A stretch of DNA of 32,303 bases from Octopus bimaculoides (Eukaryota), in NCBI RefSeq assembly GCF_001194135.2, contig NC_068987.1:14581263-14613565 (forward strand), written 5' to 3'. The position numbers and the translations under genes are program-made. How positions within the stretch are numbered: the stretch's first letter is position 1; each line of letters starts with the position of its first letter. Positions 12,283 through 23,379 of this stretch are shown piece by piece. The notes under the pieces are model-generated. The model made no database searches and was not told the DNA's origin. It saw only the letters and a program-made list of their open reading frames with translations.

Positions 12283-12661
12283 ATACACATGCACATATGG
12301 GTACAGGATGTCACCAACAGTAAACAAGTAAACAACATGAAATACGAAAATAAATGAGTTCAATACGCAAACAACGAGAGAGCAAATGCAAAACAGAACA
12401 ACCCTTCATCAGTTGTCGGCTGTCTATCTATCTATCTACTCCACATTTCGAGCATTGAACGAAAACCCCGGGGTGCTTGTTATGTGGCTGGTTGGTTGGG
12501 ACCGAGTGGAGCCACAGCACGAGGAGTAGATAGACAGCCGACAACTGACAAGGGTCGTTCTTTGTGTTACTCGTTCTGTTTTCCATTTGTTTCTCTCGCT
12601 GTTTTCGTATTTCATGTTGTTTACTGTTAGTGACGTCCTGTACCCATATATGCATGTGTAT
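12283..12661. repeat. Long imperfect inverted repeat (two opposed copies of one repeat), arms 12283-12442 and 12523-12661
   Basis: ATGGGTACAGGATGTCACCAACAGTAAAC..ACCCTTCATCAGTTGTCGGCTGTCTATCTA..CTCC mirrored by GGAGTAGATAGACAGCCGACAACTGACAAGGGT..GTTTACTGTTAGTGACGTCCTGTACCCAT. Confidence 0.92.
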
Positions 12662-12807
12662 AAATATAAATATATATGTATATATACACATACATATATA
12701 TATATGCATATATATATATTATTTATATTATTATATATATGTATATATGTATATATGCCTGTGTATATGTGTGCATCTATGTATGCATATATATATAAAT
12801 GAATAAT

Positions 12808-12865
<58 letters not shown>

Positions 12866-12893
12866 NNNNNNNNNNTAACAGAGCGAGCGAGCG

Positions 12894-12949
<56 letters not shown>

Positions 12950-13520
12950 CAATGGTTGATCAGCTTTATTGTTCATTTACCCAAATATTTACCTTCCGAC
13001 TTATTGAGAGAATATAGAATGAGATGCCTTGCACTAGACAGTAAACGCTACGTTTTCGCTGGATTACCGATCGCACACGCACACACACATACGCATACAT
13101 GCGCGTGTGTGCACGCACACATATCTATAACTTCGAACTGAAGAGATTCATCCACATTTCAACCACATCGAAAGGCAGCTACTGTATGAATATAAACGAA
13201 TTTAATATTCAAACGACAAAGAAAAGAAAACTAAATCAAATAAGCACAAAGCGCTTATGAGATATACTTCATTCCATTAAACTAAAATTTGTGTCACTAG
13301 CGACAAGAATTAAATAATGTTTGACGTTAGGCAAAATGATTGTCTCCCTTGTTAACGTCTAATAGAAATTTATCATTGGCCAGGTCTAAGTTAATACTGT
13401 CAACTGATATAATCTGTTATGTCTTTTGAAAGCCATGTGGTATTATGACCTATTTATGTGGGGAATTGTTGAATGTAATATATCAAGGTATAAGCGGCTT
13501 GTAGTCTGGTATTCCATGAA

Positions 13521-13561
<41 letters not shown>

Positions 13562-13570
13562 ATCAGCTGT

Positions 13571-13615
13571 CGAACGCCGACGAAGGGAAATAACCCTGAA
13601 ATCCGGATACGTTCG
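13571..13615 (+). ncRNA. Type I hammerhead ribozyme fold with one core substitution (U4C)
   Basis: Stem I CGAACG 13571-76 / CGTTCG 13610-15 (6/6); core CCGACGA 13577-83; stem II AGGG/CCCT with loop AAATAA; GAAA 13598-13601; palindromic stem III ATCCGGAT 13601-08; N17 = A13609. Confidence 0.75.
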
Positions 13616-14044
13616 TGCTGCTGATCGAGGTGAGAGGGATAACTTCCCTTGGCAAACAGGACACAGTCGTGTGTCGATAAGCCAGCTGGAGGAGATGTCC
13701 TCCTGGGGCTAAAAGCAACAGTAACATCCACCCCTAGGGGTCAGCCACACTTAAGTGGCAATATACTACACTTTATCGTGCAGTTACTGTTAATACTTCA
13801 TTTAGAGAATTAACATTGCTTATATATATATATATATATACATACTCTTTTACTCATTTNNNNNNNNNNNNNNNNNNNNNNNNNNNNNNNNNNNNNNNNN
13901 NNNNNNNNNNNNNNNNNNNNNNNNNNNNNNNNNNNNNNNNNNNNNNNNNNNNNNNNNNNNNNNNNNNNNNNNNNNNNNNNNNNNNNNNNNNNNNNNNNNN
14001 NNNNNNNNNNNNNNNNNNNNNNNNNNNNNNNNNNNNNNNNNNNN

Positions 14045-14076
<32 letters not shown>

Positions 14077-14545
14077 TATCAGTGGCGTGCGGTGACTTCT
14101 GAGGTTGGTGATACAATAAATACTTATTGGTTGAGCCGAATCAGTTTGAAATTATTTAACTAAGTGAACACATGTTACGTAATATTTGTAACGTAATATG
14201 GCCATGGTTCTAGACCGTTACGCTGTCAAAGACAAATCAGCTGCTTTACCCCGCCAATTTCGGGAAAATAATTGACATTACCAGAAGCAGCCTGTTCTGA
14301 TACTTACTGAACTCCGTACATTAAAAGACTACGTCTCGCGCACGCGCGCGTGCACATTGAACATACACGCAACATTGTATGAAAATTCAAAATTGTAGAA
14401 ACACTAAACAATAACCCAGCGTCTCTTTTCATTTGTTGGGAGTAGCAAAGATGTGAAATGTCGCAACATACCAGGAGAAAACGAATAAATGTAAATTGCA
14501 CTTACCTAATGGTGGAAGAAAATTTGAAAGAATGTAAAAGAAAAT

Positions 14546-15425
14546 TATTAAGTTGTTCTGAAAATAATAGCCGCTCTAACTGTTGTGTTTCGAAACGCAA
14601 TTTTATCATAGTATCTTAATTATATTTTAGGTGAATTTCGACGTATTTAATAATTGATGTTTGCTCTTTAATAATGTTCTACTTATTTCAGACAGAAAAC
14701 ATTCTTGAAGCATAGGCGCCCTTAATTATGAACATGACAAAACAAAAAGGATCTTCGCTTACTTTTCTTGCATGAGTTCAAGCTTGGGCACAATGCCTCT
14801 CAAACTGCTGCCAATATCAATAGGACATGGGGAGAGGCGTCCACAAGTGATTGCACAGTACGAAGGTGGTTTCAGAAATTCCGTAGTGGTGATGAGAGCC
14901 TTGAAGATGAAGAAGGTAGAGGACTGTCATGCAGTCTTAACAATGAACAATTGAAAGCAAAGTGTCAGAGAAATGTCTCAGGCACTTGGTGTCGGTATTG
15001 TAACGGTCTCACCCAATCTGCAGAAGATCGGTAAGATGAAAAAGATCGATAACTGGGTACCGCATGAGCTCAATGAAAATCAAAAATTTCGGCGTTTTGA
15101 AATGTGCTAGGTGCTCTTTCTGCAAAACACCAATGATGCTTTTTTTGACCGTGAATCCTTTATGATAACCGTAAATAATCAGGTTAAGGGCTTGATCGTG
15201 AGTCCTCCAAACATTTCCCAAAGCCAAAGTTGCATCAGCAAAAGATTATGGTGACTGTCTGGTGGTCTGCAATTGGTGTTCATTACAGCTTTTTGGAAGA
15301 CAATCAGGGCATTACAACAGAGGTTTACTGCAATCAACACGCTGAAATGTATGCTCACTTGTTAAAAATGAGACCTGCATTGGTGAATCGGCGTGGCCCA
15401 ATTCTGCTCCACTATAATGCAAAGC
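14546..15425 (+). pseudogene. Decayed mariner (Tc1/mariner, mariner subfamily) transposase with left TIR remnant
   Basis: HTH region DLRLLFLHEFKLGHNASQTAANINRTWGEASTSDCTVRRWFQKFRSGDESLEDEEGRG; WVPHEL motif (TGGGTACCGCATGAGCTC ~15054-15071); HQQKIMVTVWWSAIG; GPILLHYNAKPH (HDNARPH-like). Frameshifts and stops throughout. TATTAAGTTGTTCTGAAAATAATAGCCG at 14546 resembles Hsmar1-type TIRs, ~180 nt before the ATG at 14728. Confidence 0.92.
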
Positions 15426-16184
15426 CACATGGATCATCATATAAAACTATGATCATCAGTGCTTAGCACATATGCAGAAATAAGTTTGGGTATTCTAAAT
15501 ACCTTCATGTACATTCAAATCGAGATAAAAAGTTACAACACGTACTGTTCAAGCGTGGTAGTGTGTATGTTTATATTTTGTAGTTTAGATGGAAAGCTAA
15601 TCTTCCTGGTTCCACTTACATATTGGTGCTTGGGCGTTCAACCCCAGAGTTCTAGAGATTTTTCTACCTGAATACCCCACAAAATTCCCAGCTAGCCTGA
15701 ATGCCAAATTTCAGCCAGCCTGAATGCTGCATCAAGGCTAGAAACTTAGTTGTAAGTCTTATAGGAAGCTGTAAGTCGAACTAGAAACTAGCTGTATGTC
15801 TATCGGCAAAGCTGGCAGAAAGCGGTCCAAGGGTTGATACACCGACGCACTGTTACAGAGAAGGAATTCACGTTAAATGTTGAATGAACAAGTTAATGGG
15901 ACATGGAATTTGTAGGTATTGAGTGTATGGTTATGGGTATGTGGATATATGTTGGGTAGGGAGTTTGGAATGGGGTATCGGATAATTAATACTAGGTGAT
16001 ACATATACAATGAATGTATCCGAATCCGTTGCACTACACAAGGATAGAGGGCCGCAAAGCGGCTCGATATTGGGGCCGAGGGCCTCAAAAGTACCTTCCG
16101 CAGGAGCTAGCCGGAATGCCGCCCGAAGGATCGTTGTGAGCAATAAAGTTTCTCGTATATTCCATTTTCTATTCCCATCATTTG

Positions 16185-16187
<3 letters not shown>

Positions 16188-16274
<87 letters not shown>

Positions 16275-16281
16275 ACACACA
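16188..16281. repeat. (CA)n microsatellite
   Basis: Directly visible. Confidence 0.97.
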
Positions 16282-16424
16282 CGAATTGATTTAATAGCAA
16301 AAACAGAAAGAGGACGTCGTTAAGTTGCGAGAAAATAGGAAGGAAATTATCGCTTTCAGCTAACAGAAATATAAAATAGCTTCTATGTTATAAACTGGTA
16401 TTTAGTTCTTGTTACTTTTATAAC

Positions 16425-16689
16425 CACACACGGTACACATATATACTTATACTTACATGCATACACTAATCTCTCTCTCTTGATATACACACATACACAC
16501 ACACACACACACATATATACACACACATATATATTTATATATATATACAACCACGCACACGGCACACCTGTATACTTATACTTACATATACTAACATCTC
16601 TCTCGCTCTCGATACACACACACACACGCACACACACAAACGCACACATACACACATATATATATTTATATATATGTATGTGTGTGTTT

Positions 16690-16735
<46 letters not shown>
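16425..16735. repeat. ~127-bp-period cryptic duplication within CA/TG microsatellites
   Basis: ACACGG(T/C)ACAC..TATACTTATACTTACAT..TCTCTCTC..GATA(T)ACACAC occurs twice. Confidence 0.75.
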
Positions 16736-16736
<1 letters not shown>

Positions 16737-16876
16737 TCGAAACCACATCGTATAGTAGCCACTTGAACACAATAGAGACTTGACAACTCTTCAAAAGGAA
16801 AATTAACGCAACTATCATACCGGCCAGAGAAGGCATGCGAAAGCTATGGATACCACATTTTCCTGCTGACCAATCC

Positions 16877-16879
<3 letters not shown>

Positions 16880-16940
<61 letters not shown>
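16880..16940. repeat. (TAC)n microsatellite
   Basis: Directly visible. Confidence 0.97.
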
Positions 16941-17559
16941 GTATGAAGAAGAAGACGAAGAAAATAGGATCGTAGATACTGGCCGCTTGCATCGTGTTTG
17001 CTTGATGTTCACTGTCTGTTCTTCGTTTACGATTAGAGTGTTAGCGTGTTCTTGGAGAAAACCAGAGTGTTCTTAAAGAAACTTTGTTTATTCTTGAAGT
17101 ATCCCTTAAGTACACTTTGACAAGATGAATCCTGCCTGTCTTTCGTCGTTGTATAATCAAAGAGCGGAAGTCTTAAGATTTAATTTGTTCAGATCAACTA
17201 TTACATACGAACTTGTTATAAATAGAACGTTTGTTTACAATTAAACTGTTTGAGTATCCTTGGAGAAAGTTTACGTATCCTTAAACTACATAATATACTT
17301 TGCTTATCCTTTTGAGAAGTAAAACTTTCCATCGTTTACTTCATGCGTTATTACAAAGTAGAAATTTCTATGAATTCATTGCAAATATGTTTGCTATAAG
17401 TAATGTATTGCTCAAGGTGCCACTCAATGTGTTCAAGGGTTCAATCCCTCAGCAAGACATTTTGAGCATGTGTATTCTTTGTTATAACTTCGGGTTTGCC
17501 TTATGCCTTGTGAGAAAAATTCAGTAGACGCATTCCAAACGCCTCTTACTATTTTTGTG

Positions 17560-17720
17560 CAATGCTATGTCAGATGTTTTTGTCTGGAGACTTCCGCACC
17601 CTAATAAGGGATGAATGTTGGCTACTCAACTACATGGATGTTATTCGCAGAGACTCACAACAGGAAACTAAGAACCTGCCTAAGCTTTATGAGGAAGAGA
17701 AATTCCTGATGTACATGGGG
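17560..17720 (+). mobile_element. Remnant of the C-terminal ORF region of an RTE-clade LINE
   Basis: Across a frameshift reads SDVFVWRLPHPNKG..LNYMDVIRRDSQQETKNLPKL, resembling the RTE C-terminal pattern (SDVLLW.P..G.R..GRP..TYID.LRRD.G.....L..LM). Recognition by eye only. Confidence 0.45.
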
Positions 17721-17829
17721 GAAATGTTTCTTGGTAGTTGCCTCTTGGAGATATCTAGCTGTCTGTCTGCCTTTTTTTCTCTCGGTCTATTTGTGTATCT
17801 ACCTATATATGTATACATAAGTAGTTATA

Positions 17830-17920
17830 TATGTATGCATGTGTATGTATGTATGCATGCATGCATGCATGTATTTATGTATGTATGTATGCATACAGGC
17901 ATGCATGTATGTATGTATTC

Positions 17921-17997
<77 letters not shown>
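17830..17997. repeat. (TATG/CATG)n and (TCTA)n microsatellites
   Basis: Directly visible. Confidence 0.95.
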
Positions 17998-17998
<1 letters not shown>

Positions 17999-18138
17999 TT
18001 AACCGGGGGCGTATTAAACGTAACACCCTAAACGCAAGTGTGCCTTCTCCTAGTTCTTTGTCTGGGTCTATTTAGCTGCGCTAGTTTCGTCATACACACC
18101 TACACTTCGTAAAATTTACTTCGAGACAGAACTTGTCT

Positions 18139-18195
<57 letters not shown>

Positions 18196-18196
18196 G
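18139..18196. repeat. (TAC)n microsatellite
   Basis: Directly visible. Confidence 0.96.
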
Positions 18197-18540
18197 TACA
18201 AAGCTAGTGGTAGGGTAGTAAAAACAGTAAAGTGTTGGTTTGAAATTTGTGGCCTGGTACTGATATGAAGAACATCCTCAGCATCGTCGTCTTCATCGTC
18301 CTTCTCGTTGTCATCGTCGTCATAGCATCATCATTATCATTTTTGCCATAAAGATAGACCGTTCAATGCAGACAAAACTCATTTGTATTGACTTTTCCTC
18401 ATTTTCTATTGTCTTTTCCTTCTTTTATTGTCCAACTTCAGTAAGAATATCTACCAGACGCTAATCACATCTCTTGCACAAACGATTGAGAAATTGATTG
18501 ATAAACACAATAAAATGTAGCGATGATCGATCACAACTGA

Positions 18541-18974
<434 letters not shown>

Positions 18975-19097
18975 TTTGCTGAACGATATTTCGGTATCTC
19001 GTGTACCTTCAACGGGTTCAAAATTTGATATGTCAGTCTACTTCGTTTTTTTTTTATAGATAATATTAGGACTGCTATGACACCTCCGGAAGGAATA

Positions 19098-19247
19098 TTC
19101 TGTGTTACAGTGAATCTCTCTGAGAACTAGGTCAAGAGTACGCGTGTCTGTGGAATGCTCAGCCACTTACACGTTAATTTCACGAGCAAGTTGTTCCGTT
19201 GACCGGATCAACTGAAACCCTCATCGACGTAACAGGCAGGGTGCCAG
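19098..19247 (+). mobile_element. SINE family C 3' fragment
   Basis: GAATCTCTCTGAGAACTA..GTGTCTGTGGAATGCTCAGCCACTTACACGTTAATTTCACGAGC..GGATCAACTGAAACCCTC; recognised as the 3' half of an abundant octopus SINE (from memory). Confidence 0.55.
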
Positions 19248-19464
19248 GTAGTGTTGTTACTTCACCTGTCATGGGCACCCACGGTTGGGCGAGGATTTGA
19301 GCACCTCTGCGTCATGCTACTCACACTGTATGTTAGTACGGGTGAGCGGTCTATAAAAATCGATCGTCATAAAAATCGATTCTTATTTTATCGACTCTGG
19401 AATGATGAGAAACAAAGTTTATCTTGGCGGAATTTGAATTAAAAATAAATAAAAGCTTTCCATC

Positions 19465-19851
19465 TTTTAACTTTCATCTTTTACTTCTTTCAGTAATTAG
19501 ACTGCGGCCATGCTGGGGCACTGCCTTAAATATGTCTTAGACGACTGGATCGACCTCAGTACATATTTTTTTGTTAAGCCCGTTATTTATTCTATCGGTC
19601 ACTTTTTACCGAACCGCTAGACGGGGACATAAACACACCAACACCGGTTGTCAAGCAGTGGTGGGGGACGAACACAGATTCCCACACATATATACGACGG
19701 GCCTATTTTAGCTTCCGTTAACCAAATCACTCACAAGGTTTTGCTCAGCCCGAGGCTATAGTAGAAAGTACTTGCTCAAGGTGCCACGCAGTGGGACTGA
19801 ACCCGGAGCTGTGTGGCTGGGAAGCAAGCTTCTTACCACACAGCCACACCT
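19465..19851 (-). mobile_element. Near full-length SINE family A
   Basis: Colinear with 3424-3829, including CTTGCTCAAGGTGCCACGCAGTGGGACTGAACCC..TTACCACACAGCCAC. Confidence 0.9.
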
Positions 19852-19859
19852 GGAAGAAT

Positions 19860-20076
19860 TATTGGTTTCCAATTTTAGAACGAAGCCAGTAATTTTGGAG
19901 GATGGGTTAAATCGATTACATTGACCCCAGTGGTCAACTGGTACTTATTTTATGGACTCCGAAAGGATGACAAGCCAAGTCCACTCCGGTCGAATTTGGA
20001 CTCTGAACGTAAAATCGGAAGAAATGTCCCTAAGAATTTTTTCCGGTACGTTGACGATTCTGCCAGCTCATCGCCT
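19860..20076 (-). mobile_element. SINE family B, full length, diverged
   Basis: TTGGTTTCCAATTTT..ATCGATTACATTGACCCCAGT..GACTCCGAAAGGATGA..GAATTTGGACTC..GACGATTCTGCCAGCTCATCGCC. Confidence 0.85.
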
Positions 20077-20679
20077 NNNNNNNNNNNNNNNNNNNNNNNN
20101 NNNNNNNNNNNNNNNNNNNNNNNNNNNNNNNNNNNNNNNNNNNNNNNNNNNNNNNNNNNNNNNNNNNNNNNNNNNNNNNNNNNNNNNNNNNNNNNNNNNN
20201 NNNNNNNNNNNNNNNNNNNNNNNNNNNNNNNNNNNNNNNNNNNNNNNNNNNNNNNNNNNNNNNNNATATATATATATATATAAATCAAAATAAGCAACAA
20301 GGATATCCAGAGGCAATCCTTTCAGCTATATTCACAACATATGTCCATAGTACCGGAGCTGTGACGTCTCAATGCGAAGAAATAGCGGCTCGATCTGGAG
20401 AGATTCCCTGATCTCCAAGCTAAGCACTCTATCGAGTAGCGTTACTCCAGAGATCCTTCGATGAAACCCCATTTCGACTGCTTGTATTCGTTATCATACT
20501 TTTCCCGTCATTATCCAACATTCATGACAGTTGAGAACAGACATTTAATGTTTATTGTAAGTTGTTACTCTTGTCTTAGATTTATGAAAGTATTGTTTAA
20601 CGATGTTTACTTCTCCACGACACTAACGTAGTTTGTTTAATTAAAACTATCTTTCCATATCACATTAAATCGGTTAGAA

Positions 20680-21211
20680 CAGTGGTTCCCAAACTATGAG
20701 TCGCGACCCACTGATGGGTCGCGAACGGAATCCTAGTGAGTCGCAAAAAGTTATAAATTTACGCATTAGCTTTGATTAACTGCTGTCTATCGAGATAGTT
20801 CAAGACTCATGTTTTCAATACCAGACTGGTTGTTTTATCAAGCAGTAGGCTTTTTTCACGAGCTTAACAAATCAGAGGTGGTCATTTTCTCAAGTTATTT
20901 ATTCGTACGTCATCGTAGAGAACTTTAACTAGGCACAGTACAACACTGATCGAGCCGATAACAGTTATTGCTTCGAGGTTTTGTATTAGAGTTAATACCT
21001 GCCCATAGGGTATGGAGACGTTGAAACAGTTATAAAACGTTTTGTTTCACATTTAGTATAAATGAGGCCTTCTCACAGGCCTCAATGAAAATGTAATTTG
21101 AAATAAATTTGTTTCTTTCATTAATGTTTTTACCCAGTAGAGTTAAGTGGGTTGCCATAAACTGGTGTCATAAATAGTGGGTCGCGCCTCTAAAAAGTTT
21201 GGAAACCACTG
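20680..21211. mobile_element. Non-autonomous hAT (Charlie-like) DNA transposon, 532 bp
   Basis: TIRs CAGTGGTTCCCAAACT / AGTTTGGAAACCACTG (15/16); perfect 8-bp TSD GGTTAGAA at 20672-20679 and 21212-21219; subterminal GGTCGCG motifs at both ends. Confidence 0.93.
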
Positions 21212-22254
21212 GGTTAGAACATACTTCACTATCTAGTAAAACCTGCTGCAGCCTTTCAATAAGACAACTGATCGGAGAAACAACATACATATCGAGAAAG
21301 GAGAGTGACTGGAAGACGATAGAATAGAAATACCGAATATATATAAAACTTAAAAAAAGAAAACAGAAAGATATAACAGCTAATCATGTAATTATATAAG
21401 AATTTAGATAATAACGTTTGATTTCTATATAAATTGATATAAAAAGACGGTAATTTATATATAAATATTGCGATAAAATCGGCAGGAACTTCCTTCCTGC
21501 AGTGCTAACAGATAAAAATAAAAGAGTGACAATAATTCATACAATTATAGGTATTAGTTACTTTTCTATGGTGATTCTGTATCAACCATTTTGTATTAAT
21601 AAGTAAAACTCTTTATAGTAATAAGAGATATAATTCAGTTGATAACAATCTATATGTGCTTCCGTAAGGCAAAGAGACGTTCACAAAATCATTAATTAAT
21701 TTCAATGGCGATATGCGGTGGACTCCAATTGAAATATCATTCTGATTTAGGCTCCAGTTAATAGTCAGTAATGTCTCTTAAAATCTGATACCCATTTCCA
21801 TGACATAGAAAGGGATAGACGAGGAATATACAAAACGATTAGGTATGATGACACTTTCGTTAGTAATCGTATTCACTGGAACATTTCAATTCAATATAAA
21901 AGCGTATCTATCTATCTATCTATCTATCTATCTNNNNNNNNNNNNNNNNNNNNNNNNNNNNNNNNNNNNNNNNNNNNNNNNNNNNNNNNNNNNNNNNNNN
22001 NNNNNNNNNNNNNNNNNNNNNNNNNNNNNNNNNATATATATATATATATATATATGTATGTATATATGTATATTTGTATGTATTTCCATTTGCTTACTTA
22101 TGTAACGAAGTTGCTTGTTAGAAAGTATGAATGACTCAATATTAAACTGGTCAATAGTATAGAATTTCAAGTTTTGCTAATCAACCAAACGCGCGCACAT
22201 ATATGCTTGCATCCTACTCCACTACTCAATGCATATATAGAGACGTGTGTGTGG

Positions 22255-22270
22255 GGGTGTGTATGAGTGT

Positions 22271-22313
<43 letters not shown>

Positions 22314-22574
22314 CGTCTATGCAGAATCATGTCGAGTAGACCATATCCCCCTACACATTATGAAAGTGACGAAAGAAATAAATTATTAAACAGAGTTTAA
22401 TAAAAGAAAATAAAAGTAGCACACACGGACGGACACACTCACACACACAGAGGCACACGCGCATACACATATGTATATATATCTTAGGAAATATTCAAAA
22501 TATATGCTAAACTATTCACTCACTCTATCATGTAATAGATACGCACATACAAATATACAAACTATTAAATATGC

Positions 22575-22638
<64 letters not shown>

Positions 22639-22700
22639 GTCTATCTATCTATCTATCTATCTAACTAACTATCAGTCTATCTATCTATCTAACTAACTAT
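22255..22700. repeat. (TG)n, CA-rich and (TCTA)n microsatellites
   Basis: Directly visible. Confidence 0.9.
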
Positions 22701-23379
22701 CTATTATGTAAGACATTTACGGTACGATTTTTATTCGTTTATGTTACTTATACTTAAATCTTCTGTAGTATTAATCAAAAGCTGCTGGAATTCAGTTTGA
22801 ATTCCCAGCACTTCTATCCAACGATATGAATTTTATACCAACCCAATTGAAGACAAAATACTCTGCATCGACGCGTTTCTCGCGTTAGAAATATCAGTCA
22901 AATTTCCCTTAGATGACACCCTATCATCTTCAAAATGCATGTACACTTTATATAACAGTAAATACGTAATGTCCAAGAAAAAGATGAAGCCTGCATGATT
23001 AGAATATCTTTGATCTTATTTGCATTCAGGCGTTGCTTGGTACGAAACAAGGTCATCAATGTTTGAATGTATATTATTGGTGTTGTTGTTTAGCCACATA
23101 TCAAAAACTTATATGTCATGAACATCCGATCATTTCTTTCAAATATGGTGTATTTGGGCCCGCGAATCTAATGTATACTTCTTTTGTAAAGCTCGCTTGT
23201 TTTAATTCTTGGGCGTAAAAGTAATTCTTATGAGATATGGACGACATGAATCATTGATTGAGACATCTATGTCTACACGTCTGTCGCCACCATTAAGCGA
23301 GGTACCGTTGTCCTTATTTATAATTGTATATATATATATAAACTTATTTTTTGTTTTCTCTCTCTGTTTATTTCTGTTC

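Noticed and set aside
16040-16140. GC hairpin cluster tested as HDV or twister ribozyme
   Set aside because: Could not assemble P2/P1.1 or the twister conserved motifs on either strand.
22783-22810. 12-bp hairpin TGCTGGAATTCA/TGAATTCCCAGCA (similar small hairpin at 28944-28985)
   Set aside because: Too short for a pre-miRNA; no supporting context.
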